Made by a program: the position numbers and the translations under genes. The notes below the pieces were generated by a model. That model ran no database searches, was not told the DNA's origin, and was given only the letters and a program-made list of their open reading frames with translations. A stretch of 64,000 nucleotides of DNA from Harriotta raleighana (lineage: Eukaryota), in contig JBNZDD010013730.1 in the NCBI GenBank assembly GCA_050575255.1, positions 9,456,381-9,520,380 on the forward strand, read 5' to 3'. How positions within the stretch are numbered: the first letter of the stretch is position 1; every line of letters begins with the position of its first letter. Positions 12,471-24,051 of the stretch are shown piece by piece.

Positions 12471-12674
12471 CTGTCAAAAAAAAATACAACTATTATTTTT
12501 TTGTGTGTGTGGAGGGGGGGGGTGGGGGTGGTTGGGTTGGGTGATGGGGAGGGAGGGAGGGAGGGGGGAATGAAAGGAAATAAATAAGTGTTTTTTTTCT
12601 CTCTCTCTTTCTTTTCCCCTCCCTCTCTCTATCTCTGAACCCCAAGAAAAGTTTGTGATAAAAATGGACCGTAC

Positions 12675-12860
12675 TTTGTTTGTGTGCAGCTTGCTGTTCG
12701 GTTGGGCGTGCAATCTCCTGTGTTAAGAGTTTACTCCAATTTTAACCACTCAGCTATGGTCATGCTCCAAACTGAGTGATGCAAGTTGAAAACTTGTCTC
12801 CTTCTCGTCTCTCTCTCTCTCTATAGGTTGCCTTCTCTGTCTCCAGGAAGTTACTAGCCT
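12675..12860 (-). other. PTPRC: Probable non-coding exon 1 of PTPRC (5' boundary unknown)
   Basis: Candidate donor CAAA|GTACGG at 12675/12674, about 200 nt upstream of the exon-2 acceptor. Mammalian PTPRC has short non-coding first exons close to exon 2. Confidence 0.5.
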
Positions 12861-13210
12861 GCAGCATTGCGTAAAAATAAAAGCTCTCTTTTTTTTACTT
12901 CCCCAAATGAAACTCTTGTGTGATGCAAGTCAGATATCAACAGCTACTTCCCTCTGACTGAAATCAAACACGCCACTGGTTTTTCTCCAGCTAGTTTAGG
13001 TTTCCCAAGAATTTGAAACTGTTCGGATTTGTGAAAACATAACAAGCAAGTGTCCTTTTTCACTGGATTTAGATCTTCACTTGCAAACTGTTGTTTTAAA
13101 CCTTTTCTTTATATTTAAAAAATGATAATAAATTTAGTCCATCGGAAGTAAGTTTGGCTACGGTATTTGACTTTGGGGCGTGCTCAGGTGCTGTCAAACC
13201 ACAGTGTTTT
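12740..13210 (-). promoter_or_regulatory. Putative PTPRC promoter (ETS/PU.1, RUNX, GC-box motifs)
   Basis: CCAGGAAGTT 12843-12852, ACTTCCCTCT ~12946, CGGAAGT 13143-13149, GGGGCGTG 13175-13182, AACCACA 13197-13203, AACCACT 12745-12751. These are motif matches only. Confidence 0.5.
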
Positions 13211-13299
13211 AAGTGAATGGTGTCAATTCCTGTCAAAAACTGGACATATTTTTACTCTACTTTGTCGTGCAGTCCCAAATGTGATAGGTTTTTAGTGTG

Positions 13300-14190
13300 G
13301 GACAGGACAGGACACAAGCTGCAGAATTCCGGATGATCTTGTGGCGGGATGGATTGGGATGGCCGACAAGCAGGGAGTTGGCGCAGTGGACCCTACATCC
13401 ATGGATGAAGGTTTCAGTGGCTTGAGGGAAGAGACTTGGATGATGGGTTCGTAGAGGGAGTAGCAGGAGAGGGGGGAACGAAATTGGGAAACAATCGCTT
13501 ATTCCAGGACCTTGTAAAAGAAAAGAAGGTTGGAGATGGGGCGGTAATTGGAGACCAGGGATGAGTCAAGGGAAGAATTTTGTAGAACGGGGGTGATGAT
13601 GGCTGTTTTTCTTTCCCTGCCTTGGCACGTCGAGAAAGTGCGCCAAGAGGGTTCGGATCAGGAGTCGTGGAGGGAAAGGTTGGGGGAAGTAGGTGTAGTT
13701 TCATACATGTACGCCATTTAAACATGGTAATGTTACTGTGTCTGGAATGTGCACTCTGTCCCTGGAGAGATGCATCCATCCTGCTAATTCCGGAGAATAC
13801 TGAGGGCAAGTTGGCAAGAGCCATGGGGAAAAAGTGTCTATTGGGGAGTGGCTGAAATTTAACCAGCTGAAACCACACAGCTTGCCATTCATAGCACTGT
13901 GTGTCAAGCTTCCCAAAGCTTGTTTGGCAAGGTCCCTTATCCTAAATCTCCATGGACCTCCCTTGCCTGGTTCGACTCCTACCTTTCTCACCATCTCCCT
14001 TTTTTGTCGCCACCAGTGGCTACTCTTCCAGCCCCCACACTGTCACCTGTGGCATTCCTCAGGGATCTGCCCTTGGGCCCCTATCCATGGGCATGGGGTC
14101 AACTTTCACATGTATGCGGATGACACCCACTCTTGACTTTCTGCCTTCCCCCTCGATTCCAGGACCAAGTTTCCTTACTCCGCATGCCTC
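13300..14190. mobile_element. Two L2 ORF2 fragments in opposite orientation (minus ~13300-13690, plus ~13880-14190)
   Basis: The minus piece encodes SNYRPISNL...KVLE; the plus piece encodes LAWFDSYLS, VTCGIPQGSALGP and HGVNFHMYADDT. Confidence 0.8.
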
Positions 14191-14472
14191 ATAATAATCC
14201 CTCAAGTGTTAAAAACAATATAAATTGGTCATTTCAATCCATGACTGTTTGTGGGACACTGCTGTGCGCAATTGGCTGCTGCAGATCGCTTTTCCGGGGG
14301 ATAATAATCCCTTAAAAACAATTATGTCACTCAATGAACATCTGTTTGTGGACATTGCTGTGTATAATTGGCTGCTGCATTTCACCCGCAAAATATTCAG
14401 TCATTTCACTTTAAGGTATATTCTGTGAATCGCTTGAAGACATCTTGAAGTCGTGATAAGGTGCTGTATCAA
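14190..14472 (+). mobile_element. Headless fragments of the same SINE family
   Basis: Two consecutive ataataatccc...gtttgtgg(g)aca(c/t)tgctgtg...aattggctgctgca segments followed by one tail. Confidence 0.8.
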
Positions 14473-14744
14473 GCTGTCCAATTTCTGGATCACCATTTTC
14501 TGTTTGTACATTCATCATCATCCGTATAACTCATTGTGGATTGAATTAAACTCTAGAATTGAAATGGCTCTCTCAATTTAATGATAAATCTCATCCCATT
14601 TAAGCAATTTCAAAGATGATGAGCAGACAACGTTTTATATATGCATAAACAACATCCAGAATACATTGCTACATGTATTGCATTAAGAATTCAAACACTG
14701 ATATGGAATCAGCTGTTCATTTTATTTTATATCCAGAAGATAAG

Positions 14745-15010
14745 AGTTCAAAATCCTTGTGTTCACTTTCAAAGCCCTCCACAGCCTCTCTCTTTCTTAG
14801 CTCTGTGACCTGCTAACCCCACATCGACCCATCTGCTCCCTCTGGTTGGTGTGCTCCGCCCAGCCTGCCCCACCATCAGTGGTCGAGCCTTCAGCTTGAT
14901 GGGATGAATTAAAACTCCATTGCACATTCCCTTCACCTGATTCCCTCCGTTGACTCCTTCAAGGCATGTCTCAGGACCTTTCACTTTGACCGCTCCTTCA
15001 GGCACCACCC
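14745..15010 (+). mobile_element. L2 3' fragment (followed by a CR1-like relic at ~15040-15300)
   Basis: ttcaaaatccttgtgttcactttcaaagccctccacagcct (FKILVFTFKALHSL); cccaccatcagtggtcgagccttcagc. Confidence 0.78.
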
Positions 15011-15469
15011 CTCCGAATCCCCTATCCTATGTCCCTAACTCTCCTCTTCTGCTTCACATATGCATCAAATTTCCCTTTAAATACATTGAAACTTTTTTGC
15101 TTCGAACCACAGCGTCTGGCAATAGGTTCCACAATCTCAACACTTCTGCATAAAGAAGTCCCTCCAAAATTCCCTTTTACATCTGCCCTGGCTATTTTGC
15201 ACTTGCCTCCCCTCATTTGGTATTCAATTTTATTCGCAGCTGTGAACATTAGCAACACATTGCAACGTGTGCTGTCATTTCCTCTTACCGCAACTAGTTG
15301 AGCATCCGGTGAGGAACTGTGAGACTCAACAGGCGTGTCCTTCATTTCATTCAATTCAATTTTAAGGACTTCTTTAATCTTTAAAGACCCTCACAATTGA
15401 TACATTCCAAAACAATTTACAAATTGTTTCACTGTAAAGCGTAGTGACTGTGTATTTGAAGGTACGCAG

Positions 15470-15783
15470 CTCCAGGCGGGGTGAAATCTTGGGCAAGTTT
15501 CCTTATTCCACACGCCTAATAATAATGCTTAAAAAAAAATTGGCTATTTCAATCCATGACTGTTTGTGGGACACCTNTCTGTACTCTGTACTCAATCTGC
15601 TGCCGCATTTTCCCACAAATATATAGTCAATTCNACCTCTGTACTCAATCTGCTGCCGCATTTTCCCACAAATATATAGTCAATTCACTTTACAATATAT
15701 TCTGTGAAGCACTTTGAGACATGTAGAAGTTGTGAAACGTTGTAGTGTACATCAAATGCAAGGGTTATTATTATTATTATTAT
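15470..15783 (+). mobile_element. SINE copy, 5'-truncated, containing an N-bounded duplication
   Basis: ccaggcggggtgaaatcttgggcaagtttcc ... aaatgcaagggtt(att)n. Confidence 0.85.
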
Positions 15784-15999
15784 CCCACAAGCTGCACAAA
15801 GTAAATGACCAATTTTTGGTCAGCCAGATGTCTGACACATGCAGAAACCCCAAATCATGCTGAAAAGTATCCAAACCAAGCTGTGAATTCCATTCCAAGC
15901 TCGTCGCATAGTTTGCCATGTGAATGACCAAATAATAAGAAAATTGTGATCAAGCAATTGTGCAACAGAAGTCAGAGCTCTCGGTAAGAAAAACCACAG

Positions 16000-16245
16000 G
16001 AACAACAAGATTACTTTTGTGGAGCATCTTTCACGTTGGGAGGACGTTCCTAGGTGCTGAACAATCAGGGGTCAGTGGGAGATGGTGGTCAGGGTTGAAT
16101 TGAAAGGAGTGGGGAGCAGAGAGGTAGCATGGCAACTGAAGGCACAGTCAAAAAGACCGGCCTTGAAGGAGGTCAGGGAGGGAGCGAGGAGAAGGGTTTA
16201 TGGAATGGAACTCTAAAGCATGGGGGCAGAGAGGGTAAAAGACTG
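16000..16245 (-). mobile_element. L2 3' fragment
   Basis: Similar to 3444-3670 (ggtgctgaacaatcaggggtcag; ggccttgaagga; ggtttatggaatggaactc). Confidence 0.75.
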
Positions 16246-17844
16246 TCCTGAACACCTATCCACATGTGACTGTAAAAGGTAAACATGTCTGCCATTTTGA
16301 ACAGCAAGGTTCTATGAACAGCCATAACAACAACAAAATTACATTTGTATTTCACGTCATGTAGGGAAGGACGTCACAAGATGAATGACCAAATAATTAG
16401 GGTAATTACTGGACAGGATGGACTCCCTTTTCCTTTCTCTTGGAACAACATCAGTAAATTCAGTAAAAATAAAATACAGTACACAGATTTATCAAAGAGT
16501 GTCAGGAAAATGAAAATCAACCACAAACACTATAAATTTGAAGTAACAATGACAGGCTTGCTAGAAATCCACAGCATCTGAAAGAAAAAAAATAAGCTAA
16601 TATTTTTGACATGTTAACTGTTTTTATTCCTTCAAACAAAACAATACTTATTTGAACTTTTGTGTTATTCGGTGTGAGTGCCAGTAAATTATGAACATAA
16701 TGTAGATATACAGTATTTTTACATATATACAGTAATATCTTTGAGCTGTGGGCCCTCAAATAGTTTATGATTTGATTGTGTGATTGTGTGTCAGAGGCAA
16801 TGTTATAATTAATGCTCTTTATTGATCTGTGTTAAAAGCTACGTTTCAAACAACAATCTTTTCAATATTCACACAGGATATTGAGCTGGGTTTGAGACTT
16901 CCTCCTGATATGAAAGGTCCCATATAAATAGAAATGGTATCCATATACATGTTCTGAACAAAATGAAAAATAGTGTACCTTTTTGAAGTGTAAGAAAATC
17001 GAGCACAGGCAGGACGCAGCTTTAGGGTGGTCTCTCTGTACTCAAACAGTGGTAAAGTGGTCAACGCATATCTAGCGTCTAGCCTAAGACCAAACAGGGC
17101 ACTTCGAGTTTTGAAAAGTTATTTTCAATCACGCAAGTTGTAAGGAGGCTTGTACTTTTGTCAGTTCTACTTCCTGCCAAGTCAACAGTTTCCACGAAAA
17201 GCAAGCGTGCATTTTGAACTCTGCAGCCTGACCTTACATTGTCTCAATAATTACTCCTTTTAATCGAGCAATCTGCAGCGGTTTGAAACCATGAACAATG
17301 CAGTTTTCTTTTGAAGTCTGACATTATTAATATTGAAAATCGCAGAAACCTGCCAAGGAAGCCCAACAGCACTTTGTTACACAAAAGCAGAATATGCTGC
17401 CAATGCACATCAGGTTAATTGGTATTTGAAACAAAGATGTGGGTTACTGATGAAGGATAACACCTGAAATGTTAAAGACGCAGTAGGAGGCCACGGCCCT
17501 GAGCAGTCAGCTCAAGAGTATAGAAGTCTTTAGGTCAACGCTTTTCTGGAAACAAATTGCAATTAAATATTTGAACATCCCGGTGGAATCCATAGTGTTC
17601 TCGTGCTGAGCTCTGTACCAGAAAATAATTCAGGAAAGTTCAGTACAATTCAGAATCACATACCTAAGAGGCCTGTTTACAGCGATAAATTGAAGGTACT
17701 AGATTAGAGCCCACTGTTTAAAACAGCTACAGGACAAGAAAGAAGAAAAATTCCACTAGGTCTAGATTCATTCTTTTTATGAATTATTTTAAAAATCATT
17801 TAGTTTAAAGCAGGTTTTCTGTAGTCGCATTCCGTGTAATATTG

Positions 17845-18200
17845 GGGTCAGCCTGGCTCAATTTGTTTGTATTCTAACCTCTGAGTAAGAAGGTTGTGGC
17901 TTCCGGGCCCACATCAGAACCCTGAACTCACACAGTCTAGGCTGACACTCGAGTAACAGTGTTGCGGACTACTGCATTGTCGGAGGTACTACAAGAACAA
18001 CAACAACTTGGATTCACCTAACGGCCTCCACGCCAAACGGCCTCTCAGAGCGCTTAAAGACTGTCTATCCTTTGAACAAAACGTCAAACCAAGGTCCCAT
18101 CTGCATTTTCAGGCAGATTTTTAAGATCCCATTGAACTACTGTATCTGAAAAGAGAATGGAGTTTCTCCTGGTGTCCTGGCCAAAGATTCTCTCCCCACC
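17845..18200 (+). mobile_element. Old Deu-domain SINE (SacSINE1/AmnSINE1-like), 5' part; the 3' part resumes at ~21109-21252
   Basis: ctaggctgacact...tgcattgtcggaggt...aaaccaaggtcccatctgc..ttcaggcagat..taagatcccat...gagtttctcctggtgtcctggcca matches my recollection of the Deu domain. Confidence 0.72.
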
Positions 18201-21108
18201 CACCTTCGCTAGAGGTGATAATCCACTTTGTGGCTGTGCCCTCATTGAGGCCATACCACCTGGCTATACCTCCCATCAGTCCCCACGCCCTAACTCCCCT
18301 CTCGAGTCTCTACCCCCTCCTTGCTCCCACCCTTCCCCCCCCTCGCCCTGAACATTTTCCCTTGCTTGGGTCCTGAACCAATCTGTCCAGCGCCTTGGGA
18401 CGTCCTCCTGACGTGAAACGCGCTCTATAAGTGTAATTTTGTTGTTGTTGTTGCCATGGCAGTGGTGTGGCCATCATCTCCAGGACGTCAGTCGCTCTAT
18501 CCCCTTACTCCTCTGGCTCATTCCCCTCATTCGAGCACCTTACCATTTGCCATCATTCCTATCTTTCTTTAAAAATCCTTCCCATCTACCGCCCCCACAA
18601 AAACCTCCCCCCACTTTTCATCTCCTACATCTCCAACCTCCTAGCTTCCCTCTGCCTCTCTTTCGACCACTTCCTCGTACTTGGTGGTTTCAACCTTCAC
18701 TTCATTCCCTTCTGCTCCATCTCGGAGCTCGGACTTCTCTCTCTTCTATCAACCATTCTCTCCAAATCCATTGCACCACCCATATTCATAGTGGCCATCC
18801 ACTCGACCTGGTGATCACCCGGGCCTTCAATGTCTCAGATATCACTGAGGAGCCCATTCCCGACCACCACTTCATACCTTTCAATTCTTTAATTCTTCTC
18901 TCCACTGCCACCAAACCACCCTCCACTGACCATAGAATCTCCCCACAATCCCTCTCCACAGCCCTGAAATCATCTGAAGTCCTCACCCTCTGGACTACCT
19001 CCAGGACTGATCTATCCTCTTACTCATTCTCCTCCATACTACCCTCTCCACTACCCTTGATGCCCTTGCCCCACCTCACCTCCCAAACCATCTCCTATTC
19101 ATGAACCTCACCTTGGTTCACCAGCTACCTCCGCTCCCTCAAGGATCAGGTGTGGGCCATCAAAGGCAACTGGCTCAAATCTGGCCTAATGGTCCACCGG
19201 CATCTCTGGTTGAAACACATCAAAATTTACCACTCCATTCTCACCTTCGGCAAATCGTCCTTCTACTCCAAGATAATCTTGGAGGTGAAGAGCAACTCCA
19301 GGCTCCTATTCTCCACAACCAACCAGCTCCTCCATCCACCCCCCAATACCTCGCCTATTCTTTCCTCTAACTCTCACTACGAGAAGGTGCTGGATTTCCT
19401 TGAGTCCAAAATTAAAGGTATCCATTCACTTGCATCTGCCCTCCGAACTGCTACACCTTCCCCATCTTCTCCTCACACACCAGCCCCTACTCATCCCTCC
19501 TTCCAAACCTGTCTCCCGCTCCTCTGTCAGCACCATCATATCATCTATGAAGTACACCAACTGCTCCTTTTATCCAATACCCACCCCTTTCCTTATCTCC
19601 CAACTCCTCACCCCCAACTCTCCAATATCAATCTCTTCCTATCATCTGGCCCCTTTCTCATCGCCCTCAAAACAGCCACAAAAACCCCGTCCTGAACAAA
19701 GCATCCCTGAACGCATACCTGCTTTCCAGGTACCAGTCCATTTCTAACCTCTCGTTTCTTTACAAAGTCCTCGAAAGAGTCATTGCTTCCCAGATTCGCT
19801 CTTTCCTCTCCTCCCACACTCTTCATGTCCCTCTAATCGGGATTCCATGCTGCTGAGCAAACAAACTATTCTGGTCAAGGTCACAAATGATATCCTATCC
19901 ATCCGTGACCAGGGCTCCCTCTGCCTCCTCATTCTCGTCTGTTGATTTTGACAATGTGGACCACTCAATCCTCTTCCATTAGGTTTCCTCTCACCTTAAG
20001 CTTCAAGGTTCTGTCCTTGACTCGTTCAGGTCCTACCTCTTACACCGTCTCCAATTTGTCTCCACCAATCGTTTCTCTTTCAGCCCCCACACCATCTTGT
20101 GTGATTTTCCTCAGGCATCTGTCAACAGACCCTTCCTCTTCAACCTCTACATGCTCCCCCTTGGTGACATCATTTGCAGACATGGGATAAAATTCCATGG
20201 ATCCAACTCTCTCTACCTCCACCCTCAATTCCAGGACTACTGATTTACTGCCAGACTGCAGTCCTGGATCAAGTCCTGGATGAGAGACAACATTCTACAG
20301 CTGAACGTCAGTAAGACCGAGGCCTTCTTGATTGGCTCACACTAGCACCTCCATACCTCAGGCACTGGCAGCATCATCATCCATGGATGCACACTCCACC
20401 TCAACAAGTCAGTCAGGAACCTGGGTGTCTTGTTTGATCCTCCACCATATCCATGCTTTGACAAGCACTGCCTTCCAACACCTCCACAGCATCACCCATC
20501 TCGGTCACTGCATTAACCTTTAGGCCACTGAAACCCTTACACCATGTATTTCTCACCTAAAGGCTCGATCACATCAACTCCTTCCTTTGCGGCCTCCACA
20601 GATCAACCAAGACCTCTGTAGCTCGTGTCCTCTCTTGCATCAGACTCCATGACTACATCACCCCCGTCTTCACCCGGCTCTACTGGCTCCCTATCTCTCA
20701 CCATCTTAGTCCTCACTTTCAAAGCTCTCCACAGCCTTGCCCCCTCCTACCTCTCTGACTTGCTGATCCCCATTAATCTGTCAACTGACTCCATTCAGCA
20801 GCCTTCTCCATGTCTCCCACACAACCTGCCCTACCATCGGTGGTCGAGCTTTCAGTCTTTCTTGGAACTGCACGCTTGGAACTGTATCCCACAATCCCTC
20901 TGCATGACTCCTTTCCTTGCATCCTTCAAGGTCGGTCTCAAGACCCTCCTTTTCGACCGTGCCTTTGGCCACCGTCCTTCCTCTGTACCTTACCTCATAC
21001 CTGCCCTCCTCCCCTAAACCATGCTCATGTCCAGACCACTGACTGTTAGAATATCCTCCACACTCTACGTGAAAGACGCTCTACAAATGTAATTTGGTTG
21101 TTGTTGTT
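18200..21108 (+). mobile_element. Decayed L2-clade LINE covering most of ORF2 (APE endonuclease + reverse transcriptase), frameshifted
   Basis: Endonuclease motifs EAIPPGYTSHQSPR, GVAII, IYRP, GGFNLH, THIHSGHPLDLVITR, DHHFI; RT-region TILVKVTNDIL, FDNVDH, LFNLYMLPLGDII; C-terminal ILVLTFKALHSLAPSYLSDLL and SFKVGLKTLLF; tail gtgaaagacgctctacaaatgtaatttg(gtt)n. Confidence 0.92.
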
Positions 21109-21416
21109 GCTATTTGTGAATTGCTTTTCATTTAGACTGATTGATTTGTCTACAAAATGCAGTTGGTGCACTTTGGAGTAAATCCTCTGAAGTGCTTTGA
21201 GTCATCCTTCTGACATGAAAGGTGCTCTATATATTTATATGAAATGTAAGGAATTTTTGTTTAAAAAACAAGGATAAACTAATCATTGATACCTCATTCT
21301 CTGATCTCCAATGCTGTTTGTAAGTTTAGTTTTGCTGTATTGTCTTTTTTCAGCTTGTTGCTGCATTTCGGATACACCACTCATGGAATCCCATGTGAAA
21401 GTGGCATGAAGCTAGA

Positions 21417-22452
21417 CTTCAAAACATGGGTGGTAGGGGGGTGAAATCCCAAGCAGTGCTGAAGAGGGAAAGAAACTATATGTAATAGAAGCAAGATGGA
21501 GGAGATTGATGCTTACATCATTACTTTAAGGCTCAGAGGGATCCTGCACAAATTGCGCACAGCAGTGTCCCAACAACAACAAACAAAAAAATTACACTTT
21601 TATAGTGCCTTTCATGTCGGGAGGATGTCACACAAAAGTCGTGGATTTAAATGATCAATTTATTATTGTTTTTTCTTGATGGATAATTATCAGGCGTGTG
21701 GAGTAAGGAAACTTGTCCAAGGTTTCACCCTGCCTGGAATAGGGGTATTATATGGAGTTTTGGAAGGAATACTGTACTATCAGTGGGCAAAATGTCCTTA
21801 GATGTTTCCGGTATTTGCTGCAGTCCTTTTATGTGTGTCAAGAAGTTCAATGGCAGTATCTACTTGGTGTAATTTAGAACTGGATTATCAGGTAAATGGA
21901 GGTTGAATTTCTTACCACCAGTTATGCTTTTAGATATAACTCATGTAGGAAATTCTTTCAAAGTATATCTGTGCCCATCCCTTACATTTGAATTTTTTTT
22001 TATTCAGAAGCATAAAATGTCGTGTTTTATCATCACAAGAATCTCCAGCAGATTCACCTAATAATTTTAAGAAGTAGTACGTGTGTACTAGAAACAACAT
22101 GACAGCACATTGCATTTGCCTTTGCGGGCACAAAAAAGACAAGAAGAATGTAAGAAATGTCATTTTAAACCCTTTTAACCGACTTCCTTGACAATGTTGA
22201 AATCCATTTCCCAAAAAAATTCTACATCAAACAACTACACCACCTAAAATCTAAAGTTCAATATTGCTACCAGCACATGTGTAAACTTTCTTTACAGTTC
22301 TCAGAAATAATATTTTAATAAAGCTCTGCTTCCAAACATCGGGGAGGAAAATCCCATCCAGTACTGAAGAGAAAATAAACCTATACTGTATGCAATAGTT
22401 GGAAGATGCAGCAGATTGATTCTTACACCATTATTTTAGGGGTTAGAGGGAT
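21417..22452. repeat. Diverged ~125-bp direct repeat pair (21417-21542 / 22329-22452)
   Basis: cttc(a/c)aaacat..gg..gaaatccca..cagt(g/a)ctgaagag..ctata..tg(t/c)aatag..aagatg..agattgat(g/t)cttaca(t/c)catta.ttta.gg...agagggat. Confidence 0.8.
21545..21740 (-). mobile_element. SINE middle fragment interrupted by an L2 3' tail
   Basis: aattgcgcacagcagtgtccca [caacaac...tttatagtgcctttcatgtcgggaggatgt] cacaaaagtcgtggatt...ggaaacttgtccaaggtttcaccctgcctgga. Confidence 0.8.
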
Positions 22453-24020
22453 GTTCAGAGAGGTGGGATGGAGAGTTAAGGTGCAGAACAGAACAGAACA
22501 ATTCCAACAGTAACGCATCTTATTACATTTGTGGCAAAGCACAAGTGAGAGACAGTCTCACTGAATCTCCACTCTGTCGTGAGCAATCACAAACTGGAAA
22601 GAGTTTACAGTGATCCACTTTTGTAAGCTCCTCGTAAGTTCAAGTTAGCAGCACAGAGTGTGACACTTGGTTCCCATTTCAGCATGACACCACACAAATG
22701 ACGAAAAGAATGGAGGTAAACAGGGCAAGTTGAAAATGCGGTCAGGAATCAGGACAATGTGGGCAGATCTAAATGTGGGAGTGAGGGAGAGAGAGAGAGA
22801 AATAAAAGAGAGAAAAGCACACAAAAGGAACAATGGCTCATGACCATTACACATTAACCAGTCATTTTAATACTTAATCAACTGCCTAAAGTTATAACAG
22901 GACCAGGAGTGAAGACTCGTGTCTAATCATAAGCAAAGCTATGAATTTAGCCTGGAACCACATCCTTCCATCAAGCTTTCATCATCTACACTTTAACAGG
23001 CAGAAAGGCACCTTCCTAAGGATGGCAATTAGAGAACATTTTCTTGAGTGTACAATGTACCAGGCCAAAAGCTGTTCTTCTCTTAAGAAACAAAATCAGG
23101 CCACGTCAACAAATAGTAAAACAGTCGGTTATTACTGAAAGGGCACATTGTTTGATTTTACAGTAATACATAACAGTTTGCAAAACAAATCCATGCATTT
23201 TTTCCTTATGATGATGCTGCCAGTAAGCGCAGTCTAATAGGATATAAAGAATGTTTTCAGAAGGAGATGAAGAAAGAAATCAAGTATTTACCAGACGGAG
23301 TCTATATAGAAGCACTGGGCAAAGCTTAAGTTATGAGCTCCATTTACACCATTTGCATAAAAGCTCCAGAGAAAATGAAATGTTTGTATTATATTTGTTC
23401 CATCATCTGTTCAAAGAATAAAGTCATTGTTCCACAACAGTTTTACATTTCATTTCTACATTTGTCTGATGCAGTACTTACTTTTGGATTTGTAGGTTCC
23501 TGCGTTATAGTATGAAATGATAAATGGTGCTTTCACACACGTTAAGTAGGTCAAAATGTAATCTTTTCTGCCATCTACAGTATGGCACAAGAACATGCCC
23601 TGGCATTTAACTGCATGCTTCAAATTGCTGTTCATACTGCTATCTGATCTCCTATTGCAGTGGAAATAATCGTACCAGCCACCAATTAAACAAAGCAATC
23701 ATGGACAACAGCTCATTCTTCCACGAGCACAACGGTGGCTGTCCATTAGTGTCAATAAAACCAATATTGTTCACAATTAGTTAGCAATGATTTGACTTCA
23801 GATATTGAAAAACAACAGAATAATTTTACCCAGGTATCTGGGCCACAAGTGCATCACCATAGCATAGGAATCATCTGTTTACCGCTTTCAATTCGGGTTT
23901 TGCATTACGCACCATGAAAACATTTTTCCAAGATTGCTGTATATAACATGTAATGTCAGTCCATTATCAGCCTGGGTGAACTGAGAACTCCTGTAGCCTG
24001 TACAAAGCACATTTTGGAGC

Positions 24021-24051
<31 letters not shown>

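Noticed and set aside
13148-13153. Plus-strand GTAAGT donor near the CD45 promoter, suggesting a divergent lncRNA
   Set aside because: A single hexamer is expected by chance at this frequency, and no transcript evidence is available.
15571-15690. Internal duplication within a SINE
   Set aside because: Bounded by n at 15577 and 15634, and the copies differ by one TCTGTAC unit; probably the same assembly artefact.
18439-19747. Longest ORFs of the track (221, 181, 115 aa)
   Set aside because: They are frameshifted pieces of one dead L2 ORF2, not host genes.
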